From assembly GCA_963766735.1 (NCBI GenBank), contig CAVYBU010000003.1:128001-192000 (forward strand): a stretch of DNA of 64,000 nt, given 5' to 3'. Under the pieces are notes generated by a model, which saw only the letters and a list, made by a program, of their open reading frames with translations, was not told the origin of the DNA and made no database searches. Both the position numbers and the translations under genes were made by a program. Origin of the DNA: an uncultured Chloroflexia bacterium (GTDB lineage Bacteria > Chloroflexota > Limnocylindria > Limnocylindrales > CSP1-4). Positions 28,035 through 37,726 of this stretch are shown here, one piece after another (the stretch's first letter is position 1; each line of letters starts with the position of its first letter).

Positions 28035-29171
28035 GTGGCGACCCCGCTCGTGATCAGGCGCATCGAGGCGTGGCAGGCGTCCGGCCTCATCGATCCCGCG
28101 ACGGCGGACCGGCTCCGCGAGGCTGAGGCGAACGCAGCGCCGGAGCCGGACCAGGCCGAGGCACGTGCCCCCGGCGCCGGGCGGGCGCTCGGTGTCACGG
28201 CAGTCGAGCTGTTCGTCTACCTCGGCGCCGCGTTCGTGCTGGGTGCCTGGTATGCGCTGGTCGCCTCGACGAACCCGACGTGGGACGATTCCTCATCCCG
28301 GTTCGCAGCGGCGGGCCTCATCGCCGCCATCGCACTCGGTCTCGTGGGCATGGCGATGGCCCGTCGGGATGCCCGATTCCGCCGGGCCGCGGGGATCGCG
28401 TTCCTGGCGGCGCTGCCGAACCTCGGGGTCGGGGTCTACCTGCTCGCCGACACACTGCATAACGAGAACTACCTCGATGCACCGACCAATGCGCTGGTCG
28501 CAGCGATCGTGGTGCTGGTCGCCGCGCTTGGGGCCCGCCATGCGGTGCCGGCGCTGACGACCCAGTTGGGGCTGGCCTTCGCGGCCGCGTCGGTCGGGGG
28601 GTTCGCGATGGGCTGGCTCGACGCGGTCCTCTTCCCGCGCGGCGGGGTGGAGTGGGAGCCTCGCCCGCTCGACGCGACGGCCTCGCTCGTCCGGGTGGTG
28701 CTGTCGATGGCATGGTGGTGGGCCGTGGCGGCTGTCATGGCCGTCCTGCTCATCGTCCTGGACCCCCAGCCGAGGACCGAGGGCCGGACACGCCTCGGGC
28801 GGATCGCTGTCGGGCTGACCGCCGTGCTCGGCACGACGTCGGCGGTGATGATCCGGCACGAGTGGAACGAGGGGTCCAGCCTCTCCGACCAGCCCGTCCT
28901 GGAGCCGTTGATCGGCGCGGCGATCATCGTTGCCGTGAGCGGGGTGCTGCTGGGACTCGCGGTGAAGCGCCAGTCGGTCGGCTACCTGTGGCCCGGCGGG
29001 CTGGGCCTGTTCATCGCGCTGAGCTGGCTCAACGCCGAGTACCTGGCCGTCGAGTCCGGGCTGTGGATCGCGCTGCTGGTCGAGGCGGCGGTCCTGTTCG
29101 GGGTCGCGTTCGGGGTCAACCGGATGGGCAGGCGGCTCCAGCCGGTGGAGATGGAGACCCCGGTCGGGTAG
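28035..29171 (+). CDS. DUF2157-like multi-TM membrane protein
   Basis: IEAWQASGLIDPATADRLR N-terminus plus ~10 TM helices; SD GGGAGG. Confidence 0.7.
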   Translation: MATPLVIRRIEAWQASGLIDPATADRLREAEANAAPEPDQAEARAPGAGRALGVTAVELFVYLGAAFVLGAWYALVASTNPTWDDSSSRFAAAGLIAAIALGLVGMAMARRDARFRRAAGIAFLAALPNLGVGVYLLADTLHNENYLDAPTNALVAAIVVLVAALGARHAVPALTTQLGLAFAAASVGGFAMGWLDAVLFPRGGVEWEPRPLDATASLVRVVLSMAWWWAVAAVMAVLLIVLDPQPRTEGRTRLGRIAVGLTAVLGTTSAVMIRHEWNEGSSLSDQPVLEPLIGAAIIVAVSGVLLGLAVKRQSVGYLWPGGLGLFIALSWLNAEYLAVESGLWIALLVEAAVLFGVAFGVNRMGRRLQPVEMETPVG

Positions 29172-29182
29172 GCTCTGGGGGG

Positions 29183-29470
29183 ATGACGAAGCCGAAGAAG
29201 ACGAAGAAGAAGCCGCTGGGCCAGACGATCGGCGGCGTGCTGTTCGGGTTCGAGCAGCAGGTGCTTCGGACGATGCCGCCAACGCAGGAGCTGGTCCACC
29301 GGGCGCGACCTGATCATCCCCTGCCCGCGGGTGACGGCGGCATCGTGACGATCGCGATGCCGGCCGATGACGAGCCCCCGCTGCCATCCGCCACCGACCT
29401 CGACCCGGGGACCGCATCCGACCCGGAGCCGCCCAATCCCGCCCGCGAACCCGGAGCCGACGAACAGTGA
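29183..29470 (+). CDS. Small hypothetical protein
   Basis: MTKPKKTKKKPLGQTIGGVLFGFEQQV...; fills the gap and overlaps the next start (GTGA). Confidence 0.6.
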   Translation: MTKPKKTKKKPLGQTIGGVLFGFEQQVLRTMPPTQELVHRARPDHPLPAGDGGIVTIAMPADDEPPLPSATDLDPGTASDPEPPNPAREPGADEQ

Positions 29471-29910
29471 CCGCCGAACCCGGCGCCGTGGGCCGGCGGT
29501 CCGCCCCGGCCGGCCTTCCCGTCGCCCTCCCGCAGCCCCCGGTCCTCGCCGAGTCCGGCGACCCGTTCAGCGCGCTCCGCGTCATCGATCTCGTCGCCCG
29601 AATGGACCGGGGCCGCCCGATCCGCCTGGACGCCATGGTCGACCGTCTCAATGCCACATACCTGGACTGGCTGTTCACGCGCACCGTTGTGGCGGACGTG
29701 CTGGTGGCGCTCCAGGCGAACTGGATGGCCGATTACCGCAACGCATCGGGCATCGTCCTGGAGGATGGCCCGGCGGGACCGGTGGTCACGCTGGAGGACT
29801 CCAGTCGGGTGGACCCATGGATCACGGGCCAGGCGCAGCGCGAAGCGGCAGCGTGCGCTGAGGCGCTGGCCGAGTTCGCGCGCCGGGACCGCCCCGTGAC
29901 CGGCGGCTGA
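29467..29910 (+). CDS. Hypothetical protein
   Basis: Coding-like composition, coupled to the upstream gene; no family recognised. Confidence 0.65.
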   Translation: MTAEPGAVGRRSAPAGLPVALPQPPVLAESGDPFSALRVIDLVARMDRGRPIRLDAMVDRLNATYLDWLFTRTVVADVLVALQANWMADYRNASGIVLEDGPAGPVVTLEDSSRVDPWITGQAQREAAACAEALAEFARRDRPVTGG

Positions 29911-29941
29911 GCCCGGTACCCCGGCAACGTCCCGCATCGCC

Positions 29942-30649
29942 ATGCCCAGGACTCGCCCCGCCACACCGCCCGAAACCTCGCTCTATGCGCCGGTCAAGGC
30001 GCTGCTCGAAGACCAGGGCTACCTGGTCAAGGGCGAGATCAATGGTTGCGACGTGGTGGGCGTGCGCGGCGACGAGCCACCGGTGGTCGTGGAGCTGAAG
30101 CGGACGTTCGGCCTGGGGCTGGTGATGCAGGGGATCGACAGGCTGGCGATGACCGACGCCGTGTACGTTGCGGTTGGAGCCTGGCCGACTCGCCAGCCAG
30201 AGACGACACGGCTCTGCCGGCGGTTGGGCCTCGGGCTCATCGTGGTGACCCACGGCCGGGCGGAGGTCGTGCAGGACCCCGTGCCGTACCGGCCGCGCAG
30301 GGACCGACGGCGGGCGGGCGCCCTGCTGCGCGAGCACCAGCGACGGATCGGGGATCCGACGGAGGGTGGCGCGACCCGCCGACCGATCATGACGGCGTAC
30401 CGCCAGGAGGCCATGCGGTGCGCCACGTTGCTCTCCGCCGGCCCGATGCAGCTGCGGGCGATGCGGTCGGCGGCGGACGTGCCGAACGCGGGCCGCATCG
30501 TGCGGGACAATGTCTACGGGTGGTTCGAACGGGTGGAACGGGGCGTGTACATGCTGACACCCCGGGGCTTTGCCGCGCTCGAACCGCGCGCCGGGGCCGC
30601 CACGGGAGCCGCCATCGGCACGGCCGCGGTGGCGAAGGGGTCCGGCTAG
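29942..30649 (+). CDS. DUF2161 putative PD-(D/E)XK phosphodiesterase
   Basis: ETSLYAPVK...VKGE...CDVV...VVELK...LCRRLGLGL...IMTAYRQEA...NVYGWFERVERGVY. Confidence 0.88.
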   Translation: MPRTRPATPPETSLYAPVKALLEDQGYLVKGEINGCDVVGVRGDEPPVVVELKRTFGLGLVMQGIDRLAMTDAVYVAVGAWPTRQPETTRLCRRLGLGLIVVTHGRAEVVQDPVPYRPRRDRRRAGALLREHQRRIGDPTEGGATRRPIMTAYRQEAMRCATLLSAGPMQLRAMRSAADVPNAGRIVRDNVYGWFERVERGVYMLTPRGFAALEPRAGAATGAAIGTAAVAKGSG

Positions 30650-31497
30650 AGCATCCCCGGGTTCGGGACCAGGCGCGCCGGGTCAACCAGGCCGGGCTCG
30701 CTGGCCATGAACTGGTCCCGCTCCTCGACCATGAAGCCGGCGTCCAGCAGCGTCCGGATCACGGGGCTCGGGCCCTGGAGGAACGCCTGGACGCTGCCGC
30801 CCCGGGCGGCTCGCCGGAGAGCCGCCACCGTTGGCGCCACCGGGTCCGCGCCCGGCCGGACGAGCAGCCGGTCGATGAGACGAACCGGCGATGCCTGCCG
30901 GGCGCGCGCGTAGGCGAACGCCACGACCTCTCCCCGTTCCGCCACCACGAACGCGTCGGCGGCAGCCTGCGATCCCCAGAACGCGTGGTCGAGGGACCGA
31001 TCCGCCCCCGTCCAATCCTCTTCCAGCGCCGCCAGCCGGGTCGGATTCGCGGAAACCGTCTCAAGTGGGCCTCGCGTCACGGGGAGCGATGCCGCGGCGC
31101 CCTCGACATAGAGACAGGCCCACCACGGGCGCATCCCCGCTCGCACGTAGAGGGGCAGGGCGCGCGGGTCGTTCGAGGCGAATGTGGTGCGCCGGGCGGC
31201 TCCGTTGAAGAGGGCGGCAAGGAGCGGCCGGCCGATCCCCTCGCCCAGCCGGTCGGGCAGCACGAACAGGTCCGCCAGGTGGATGGCAAACCCCACGTCC
31301 ACGGTGGCGCCGAACGCGATGACCGCGCCGTCCTGCTCCGTCACCATCGCCCGGTGGTGCGTCACCAGGTGGCGCACGTACGGCCCGATGATGTCCGCGT
31401 ACAGGGCCGGCCCGTCGTTGCCATGGGCAGTCAGGACCACCCGAATCGCCGGGATGTCGTCCGGCGTGGCAGCCCGGATCTCGCGGCCGGTGGTCAT
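30646..31497 (-). CDS. GNAT family acetyltransferase (tandem fold)
   Basis: EIRAATPDD, LADLFVLPDRLGEGIGRPLL, ALPLYVRAG. Confidence 0.8.
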   Translation of the reverse strand: MTTGREIRAATPDDIPAIRVVLTAHGNDGPALYADIIGPYVRHLVTHHRAMVTEQDGAVIAFGATVDVGFAIHLADLFVLPDRLGEGIGRPLLAALFNGAARRTTFASNDPRALPLYVRAGMRPWWACLYVEGAAASLPVTRGPLETVSANPTRLAALEEDWTGADRSLDHAFWGSQAAADAFVVAERGEVVAFAYARARQASPVRLIDRLLVRPGADPVAPTVAALRRAARGGSVQAFLQGPSPVIRTLLDAGFMVEERDQFMASEPGLVDPARLVPNPGML

Positions 31498-31511
31498 CGC
31501 ACGCCCACCGA

Positions 31512-32696
31512 TCAGCCCGTCTTCGCCTGCGGGCCGCGGCCATATCGGGCCATGACGTCCAGCAGCCGGTCGTGGTCCAGGGCATGCGCGGTGATCCCGT
31601 CCCGCCCGGTCAGCGTCCGGGCGGCCAGGAGAGCATTGACGATCGCGGCCTCAGTCGCCTCGATGGCGGCCTGGAACAGCGGGGAGATGGCACGGTCCAC
31701 GACCATCCGTGTCTCCACGGTTCGGCGGGCGTCCCGCTCGCCGGCGGTCTGCGAAAGCCCGCGGTTGCCGGTTGCGAACGCGAGGAACAGGTCGCCAGAG
31801 CCATGCGACGCGATGCTGCCCATCCGGGCGAGGCCCAGGCCGGCGCGCTGGGCCAGCCGCGCGCACTGGTGGGGGAGCAGTGGTGCGTCCGTCGCCAGGA
31901 TCACGATGATCGAGCCGCCGCCGGGTCCCGTCCGGGAGGACATGCCCGGGGCCGCGTCTGTCACCGCGGCGCCGACCAGTGCCTCCTCCTGGTCCCAGGC
32001 ACTTGGCACGTCGCTCTTGGGGATTGCCTGACCCACCGGCACCCCGTCGATCCGCAGCAGCTCGCGCGATCCGTAGTTGGCCTGGACCAGCGCCCCCACC
32101 ACCCAGCCGCCCTCTGCCTCCGGGAGAACGCGAGACGCAGTCCCGATGCCGCCCTTGAAGTCGTGACAGATCATGCCGGTGCCGCCGCCCACGTTGCCTT
32201 CGGCCACGGGTCCGCTCGCCGCGATCGCAATGGCGTCGTCCACGTGCGCGGGCTTCACGTGGAACCCGTTCATGTCATTGAGGGCGCCGTCATACGTCTC
32301 GCCGACGACGGGCAGGGACCAGAACACGGACTCGTCGGCGCGGTTGCGGGCGGCATGGACGACCAGCGCATCCCTGACGACGCCGACGCTGTGGGTGTTG
32401 GTGATGCCGATGACACCGCCCAGGAACCCGGACTCGCGGACCCACTCCAGGCCGGTGAGCTCGCCGTTGCCGTTGAGCCGGTGACAACCCGCGAATACGG
32501 GCTCGGTCCAGACGTCGTCCGAGTGGGGGATGACCACCGTCACCCCGGTGCGGACGGGGCCTCGGCCGACGACCAGCGGGCCCTCGCCGTCGATCAGGGT
32601 CGTATGGCCGACGAGGACACCCGGGACGTCCGTGATGGCGTCGTGCCTGCCGGGATCGAGCAGCCCGATTCGCAGGCCCAGCTCTCGCGCTCGCAT
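31512..32696 (-). CDS. dmpA: P1/S58 family aminopeptidase (DmpA/BapA-like)
   Basis: AITDVPGVLVGH, RTGVT, NGNGELTG, PVVGET, EGNVGGGTGM, GSIIVILATDAPL autocleavage site. Confidence 0.93.
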   Translation of the reverse strand: MRARELGLRIGLLDPGRHDAITDVPGVLVGHTTLIDGEGPLVVGRGPVRTGVTVVIPHSDDVWTEPVFAGCHRLNGNGELTGLEWVRESGFLGGVIGITNTHSVGVVRDALVVHAARNRADESVFWSLPVVGETYDGALNDMNGFHVKPAHVDDAIAIAASGPVAEGNVGGGTGMICHDFKGGIGTASRVLPEAEGGWVVGALVQANYGSRELLRIDGVPVGQAIPKSDVPSAWDQEEALVGAAVTDAAPGMSSRTGPGGGSIIVILATDAPLLPHQCARLAQRAGLGLARMGSIASHGSGDLFLAFATGNRGLSQTAGERDARRTVETRMVVDRAISPLFQAAIEATEAAIVNALLAARTLTGRDGITAHALDHDRLLDVMARYGRGPQAKTG

Positions 32697-32754
32697 GTGT
32701 GCCTCCAGGACCGGGACGCTGCCGCCGTTCGCGCGGCCCCTCTATGATCGCCCC

Positions 32755-34275
32755 GTGCCTTCGATCCCGAAAGCCCGTCCTGCAGCCCACGGTTCCGTCG
32801 CGCCCGTCGGGCACGTCGTGCCGCCCCGGCTGCTGCGCCTGGCGGCGCTCGATGGCGTCGCGCCGATGGACGTGGCGGAGGCGTTCCGGGACCTGCCCGG
32901 CCTGGCCCTCCTCGAGAGCGCGCGGCCGGGCCGCACGGGCCGCTGGACCTACCTGACCGCCGATCCGGTGGCGGTGCTGGATGCGCCTGCGGAGGGGCCC
33001 GACCCGTTCGCGGAGGCGCGATCGCTGCTCGAGCGCCTGGAGGGTGGCCATCCGGCGTCCGGCACCACCGCATCCGCGGGCAGCACCGCGTCCGTGGGCG
33101 CCGATGGCTCCAGCGGCCCGGTGCCTCCGTTCGCCGGTGGCCTCGTCGGCTACCTCGCCTATGACCTGGGCCGCCGGTTCGAGCGCCTGCCGAGCCTGGC
33201 GCGAGTGGATCAGCACCTGCCCCTGCTGCGCCTCGCACTGCACGACTGGGCGATCGCGTGGGACCGCCGCTCGGGCATCGCCTGGCTGGCGGTTCGCGCT
33301 CTGGACCGGGACACAGGGCGGCAGGGACGCCGGATCCGGGACGTCCTGGCCCGCCTCGATGCCCTGGAGCGGGGGGAGATCACCGGCCGCGAGGATGCTG
33401 CCCCGGTTCCGGCCCCCACGTCGTTCGTCTCCGGCACTCCACATGCCGCCTGGCTGGCCGGCGTAGAGGCCGTTCGCGAGGCCATCGGCCGTGGCGACAT
33501 CTACCAGGCCAACCTGACCCGCCGCCTCGAGGCCCCGTTCGACGGCGACCCATGGCCGGTCTTCCGCCGCCTCCGCACCGGCGACCCCGCGCTCTTCGCC
33601 GGGTACCTGGACCTCGGCCCCTCGCCGGCGTCCGGCGCCCGGCGCGCCATCCTGTCCGCCTCGCCGGAGCCGTTCCTGGCAGTGGACGCCAGCGGGAACG
33701 TGGCCACGAACCCGATCAAGGGCACCCGTCCCCGAGGACGCAGCCGCGATGAGGACCGCTCCCTCGCCCGCGAGCTCATGGCCAGTGGCAAGGACCAGGC
33801 CGAGAACGTGATGATCGTCGACGTGTTGCGGAACGACCTCGGCCGCGTGTGTGTGCCCGGCTCCGTCTGCGTCCCGCGCCTGCTCCGACTGGAGCGGACT
33901 GCCGCGGTACAGCACCTGGTCACCACCGTGACCGGCCGGCTGCAGCCCGGCGTGGACGCCTTCGATCTCCTGGCTGCCTCCTTTCCCGGCGGCAGCATCA
34001 CCGGCGCCCCCAAGATCCGGGCCATGGAGATCATCGAGGGACTGGAGCCCGTCCGCCGCGGCCCGTACTGCGGGACGATGCTGTGGCTGGGCCCGGACGG
34101 GCGCCTCGGATCGTCCATCCTGATCCGCACCTTCGTCGCGGACGGCGAGCGCCTGACGCTCCACGTCGGCGGCGGCATCACCTGGCGCAGCGACCCGCAG
34201 GAGGAGTGGGACGAGACGATCGCGAAGGCACGCGGTCCGCTCTCGTCCATCGGCGCAGTGGAGGTTCCCTCGTGA
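32755..34275 (+). CDS. pabB: Aminodeoxychorismate synthase component I
   Basis: LLES, GDIYQANL, SPEPFL, PIKGTRPR, KDQAENVMIVDVLRNDLG, SFPGGSITGAPK; start at GTG 32755 inferred from a leaderless -10. Confidence 0.88.
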   Translation: MPSIPKARPAAHGSVAPVGHVVPPRLLRLAALDGVAPMDVAEAFRDLPGLALLESARPGRTGRWTYLTADPVAVLDAPAEGPDPFAEARSLLERLEGGHPASGTTASAGSTASVGADGSSGPVPPFAGGLVGYLAYDLGRRFERLPSLARVDQHLPLLRLALHDWAIAWDRRSGIAWLAVRALDRDTGRQGRRIRDVLARLDALERGEITGREDAAPVPAPTSFVSGTPHAAWLAGVEAVREAIGRGDIYQANLTRRLEAPFDGDPWPVFRRLRTGDPALFAGYLDLGPSPASGARRAILSASPEPFLAVDASGNVATNPIKGTRPRGRSRDEDRSLARELMASGKDQAENVMIVDVLRNDLGRVCVPGSVCVPRLLRLERTAAVQHLVTTVTGRLQPGVDAFDLLAASFPGGSITGAPKIRAMEIIEGLEPVRRGPYCGTMLWLGPDGRLGSSILIRTFVADGERLTLHVGGGITWRSDPQEEWDETIAKARGPLSSIGAVEVPS

Positions 34276-35180
34276 GCGGTCCCCGGCCCCGGTTCGTCTG
34301 GGTCGATGGCGACATCCGGCCGGCCGACGGGTTGCACCTGTCTGTTGCCGATCGCGGTTTCCAGCTGGGCGACGGCATCTTCGAGACGCTGCGCGCGAAG
34401 GGCGGCCGCTGCACGGAGCTGCCGGAGCACCTGGCGCGGCTCCGGCGCTCCGCGGACGGGCTGGCGATCGATCTCGAGCCGGGTGTCGAGACGCGGCTGG
34501 CGGCCGGGATCACGGAGTTGCTGGCGGCCGAGGGACTGGACGGGCTGGACGGCGATGCCTCCGTGCGCATCACCGTGTCCCGCGGGACCTGGGCGTCGCG
34601 GGGGTTGCTCCCCCCGGTCGGCGAGCTGCTGGTGCCCACGCTGGTGATCCAGGCCTGGCCCGTGGCGCCGGTCCCCGCCGGGCACCTGGAGGACGGGCTC
34701 GCGCTGGCGGTCTGCTCGATCCGGCGGGACCCGGCCAATCCGATCGTGTCGCTCAAGACCACGTCCCGCGCGGACTATGTCTACGCGCGGATCGAGGCAC
34801 GGCAGGCGGGCGCGGAGGACGCGCTGTTCCTCACCACGTCCGGTCACCTGTCCGAGGCGACGACCGCGAACATCTTCCTGGTCCGGGATGCACCGGACGG
34901 CGTGACCGAGCTCGCGACGCCGGCCCTGGAGTGCGCGATCCTGCCCGGCACCACGCGATCCTGGCTGCTCCGGTGGGCCGCTTCCGTCGGCCTTCGCCCG
35001 GTGGAAGGCTGGTTGACCCCGGACGAGCTGACCGCCGCTCGCGAGGCGTTCATGTGCTCGTCGGTGGCGGGCATCCTCCCGGTGACCCGATTCAACGGGC
35101 ACCCGATCGGGGACGGGCGGCCCGGGCCCTGGACCCGCCGGGCCCGTGCGGACCGCGAGGCGTTCATCGGCGAGGGGTGA
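34272..35180 (+). CDS. pabC: Class IV aminotransferase / aminodeoxychorismate lyase
   Basis: DRGFQLGDGIFETL, HLARL, LKTTSR, SEATTANIF, ILPGTTR; GTGA overlap with pabB. Confidence 0.8.
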   Translation: MSGPRPRFVWVDGDIRPADGLHLSVADRGFQLGDGIFETLRAKGGRCTELPEHLARLRRSADGLAIDLEPGVETRLAAGITELLAAEGLDGLDGDASVRITVSRGTWASRGLLPPVGELLVPTLVIQAWPVAPVPAGHLEDGLALAVCSIRRDPANPIVSLKTTSRADYVYARIEARQAGAEDALFLTTSGHLSEATTANIFLVRDAPDGVTELATPALECAILPGTTRSWLLRWAASVGLRPVEGWLTPDELTAAREAFMCSSVAGILPVTRFNGHPIGDGRPGPWTRRARADREAFIGEG

Positions 35181-35230
35181 AGGGCCACGTCTGCGATACC
35201 GACCCGCGACGCGCGCCATAGACTCAACCC

Positions 35231-35770
35231 GTGCAGCGTGACGAGCTCATCCTCCGCACCCGCCAGCTCATCGCCGAGGGTGAGCGCCTGGACGCCGATC
35301 CGACGCTGACCGCGCTCCAGACATGGCTCCAGCTGTCCGACGACCTGCTGGCGACCGCCTGGGGGACGATGGACCGCTACCACCTGGCCTGGCTGATGGT
35401 CGGCAAGCCGAAGGGGATCGTGCGCGGGCGGGAGATGACCCCGGACGAAGAGGCGGCGTACGTCCGAGGCGTCGCGGCCCAGAAGACCGCCGCCCTGCGG
35501 ATGAGCCTGGACGCGGCAGAGCGCCAGGCGATGCCGTTCCGCGGTGAGACTGGCGGCGTGGGCACCGGCCAGGGCATGGGCGAGGTTCCCGCGGCGGCCG
35601 CCGGCACCCCATCGCCACCCGGGCGCACGATCCCTCTCGACCCGGAGCTGCAGCAGCGCCTGGACGAGGTGCGCCGCGCGGCCGCGGACCACGAGGGTCA
35701 CGCCGCGGACAGCGAACCCTCAACACCCGCCCAGCGCCGCGCTCCCCGACCGGAGAAGCTCCAGCGCTGA
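35231..35770 (+). CDS. Hypothetical protein
   Basis: Coding-like bias; TAGACT 6 nt before the GTG. Confidence 0.7.
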   Translation: MQRDELILRTRQLIAEGERLDADPTLTALQTWLQLSDDLLATAWGTMDRYHLAWLMVGKPKGIVRGREMTPDEEAAYVRGVAAQKTAALRMSLDAAERQAMPFRGETGGVGTGQGMGEVPAAAAGTPSPPGRTIPLDPELQQRLDEVRRAAADHEGHAADSEPSTPAQRRAPRPEKLQR

Positions 35771-35782
35771 GCGGCACCCGCT

Positions 35783-36271
35783 TCAGCGCGCGCGCAGCCC
35801 CGCCAGCAACGCCGCCGCCCCGATGTCCAGGAGGGCAGCCGGGCCGTACCGCTGGATGGTGTAGTCCAGGGGTCCGAGGACTCCGCCCTGGGCGATCGAC
35901 CAGGCCCAGTCCAGCAGGATCGCCGTGAGGATCGCTCCGGCCGCAAGGCCGGCCGCCACCGCGATCCGTCGGGCGCCCGGTTTCAGGCCGGCGCCACCGC
36001 CCAGGTCCACCAGCGCGACGGCGGTCATCCAGCCGGTGAACGCGGCAAGCGCGAGCAGCCCCGGACCGAGGTCCAGCTGGCTCAGGACGAAGAAGGCGAG
36101 GCCCCCTGTCCCCGCCACGATGATCGCGACGACAAGGCGCCTGACCGAGACTCTCGGGGTTGACGCCGCGGCTCCCGGGGGCGCCACGACGAAGCGGTCG
36201 CCCGGCGGCCGGTCCAGGCGCCGCCGCTCGCCGCCGGACGGATCGGGGTTGGGGCGATTCGCGCTGCTCAT
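35783..36271 (-). CDS. Hypothetical 4-TM membrane protein
   Basis: GERRRLDRPPGDRF then four hydrophobic helices; TAGCAT 7 nt before ATG 36271. Confidence 0.7.
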   Translation of the reverse strand: MSSANRPNPDPSGGERRRLDRPPGDRFVVAPPGAAASTPRVSVRRLVVAIIVAGTGGLAFFVLSQLDLGPGLLALAAFTGWMTAVALVDLGGGAGLKPGARRIAVAAGLAAGAILTAILLDWAWSIAQGGVLGPLDYTIQRYGPAALLDIGAAALLAGLRAR

Positions 36272-36319
36272 GCCCCAGATGCTACGCGCACCGGCCCCGG
36301 GAGCGGTATCCTCCAGATC

Positions 36320-36802
36320 GTGAGTCACCCCACGCTTGGCCTTCCGCCCCGCAGCCTCGAAGCCGGGTATCCGGACGCCGCCGCGCGCCTCCGGTCACAG
36401 CGCGCCCGCCTGGCGGCGCGCGCCCTCGAGGTCGCCGTTGCCGAGGACGCAACGATCGGGACCCGCTACGACGAAGTCGGCCTCCGCAACCTGCTCGGTG
36501 ACGCCGAGGTCCTGGTGGACCGTCTTGCGCTGTGCGTGGCCGGGAACGACGCCCACTGGCTGAAGGAGTTCGCGGACCAGACGGCCACGGTCCTCCGCCG
36601 CCGCGGCGTCCCGATGGACGACATCATCCGGATCTGCGAGGGCCTGCGCGCGGGTGCCGGGGGCGTCCTTGCCGAGGACGAGCTGGCCGTCGCAGAGAGC
36701 GCTCTCGATGAGGCCATCGGCGTGTATCGCAGGTACCGGGGTCTGTCCGGCGACGCGCGCAAGCGCAACCGGATCCTCGACGTGCTGTACCGCGGCGTCT
36801 AG
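36320..36802 (+). CDS. Hypothetical all-alpha protein, possibly globin/phycobiliprotein-like fold
   Basis: Helical pattern LLGDAEVLVDRLALCV...D...VLRRRGVPMDDI; TATCCT 7 nt before the GTG. Confidence 0.65.
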   Translation: MSHPTLGLPPRSLEAGYPDAAARLRSQRARLAARALEVAVAEDATIGTRYDEVGLRNLLGDAEVLVDRLALCVAGNDAHWLKEFADQTATVLRRRGVPMDDIIRICEGLRAGAGGVLAEDELAVAESALDEAIGVYRRYRGLSGDARKRNRILDVLYRGV

Positions 36803-36810
36803 GAGCACCG

Positions 36811-37137
36811 ATGACGATCAAGTGGGTCCAGAGCGACCCGCTCGTGATGAACGGCGAGCCGTTCTGCTACGGCAGCCGTCTCACCGTCCGCCAGGTGCTG
36901 GAGCTCCGCCGGAACGGGTACACCGTCACGGACCTGCTCAAGGATCACCCTGAGCTGCGCCTCATGGGCATCGCCACGGCGTACGCCTACGCCGCACAGA
37001 ACCGAGACCGGTATGGCGACTTCTTCGAGGCGGACGGCTCCCTGGCCGGACCCGGCTGCACGGACGCCGAAGCCGCCGTGCTGCCCCCGAGCCTCCGCAT
37101 CGCGGGCGTCGTCGTGAAGGTCGCCACCCCGGCCTGA
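36811..37137 (+). CDS. DUF433 domain protein
   Basis: SDPLVMNGEPFCYGSRLTVRQVLEL...DLLKDHPEL...IATAYAYA; SD AGGAG. Confidence 0.85.
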   Translation: MTIKWVQSDPLVMNGEPFCYGSRLTVRQVLELRRNGYTVTDLLKDHPELRLMGIATAYAYAAQNRDRYGDFFEADGSLAGPGCTDAEAAVLPPSLRIAGVVVKVATPA

Positions 37138-37169
37138 CCGCCGCGCGGCCCGCCGTCAAGGACTCGACG

Positions 37170-37589
37170 TCAGGCGCCGGCCGTCCCGAAGCGAGTCTCG
37201 ATCGTTTCCACGACCCTCACCAGCTTCTCGCGCGCCTCGGCGGCCACAGCGGTCATCTCGGCCGACTCGATCAGGCCCAGCGCCGCCCGTGGGTCCATCG
37301 CCTCGACGACGGTCTGGTCGCCGTCGGTCCGCACGACCACGTTGCACGGGAGGAGCGCCCCGACGGACGGATCGGCCGTGAGGGCGCGGTGGGCGAGCGG
37401 CGGGTTGCAGGCTCCGAGGATCACGTACGGGTCCTGCTCCAGGCCCAGCTTGGCGCGCATCGTTGCAGCGACGTCGATCTCCGTCAGGACGCCGAAGCCC
37501 TCGCCCTTGAGGGCGCGCTCCACGTCCGCCCGGACATCGTCGAAGGGCGCGGCGACGCGTGTGCCGAAGGTGTAGCGACTGATGAGCAT
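37170..37589 (-). CDS. DUF302 domain protein
   Basis: GFGVLTEIDV, YVILGACNP, GALLPCNVVV, AMDP. Confidence 0.92.
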   Translation of the reverse strand: MLISRYTFGTRVAAPFDDVRADVERALKGEGFGVLTEIDVAATMRAKLGLEQDPYVILGACNPPLAHRALTADPSVGALLPCNVVVRTDGDQTVVEAMDPRAALGLIESAEMTAVAAEAREKLVRVVETIETRFGTAGA

Positions 37590-37726
37590 GTGGGCCTCCA
37601 GGGGGTGGGGCGTCATGGTGCCACTACTTGCGTCTTTGCGCAACTGCGATACCATTAGGCCTCGGCCTCAGCCTTCCCGCGCCGCCCGCGGGCCATTCCC
37701 CAGCGCGATGGTAGGATTTCGCGACC

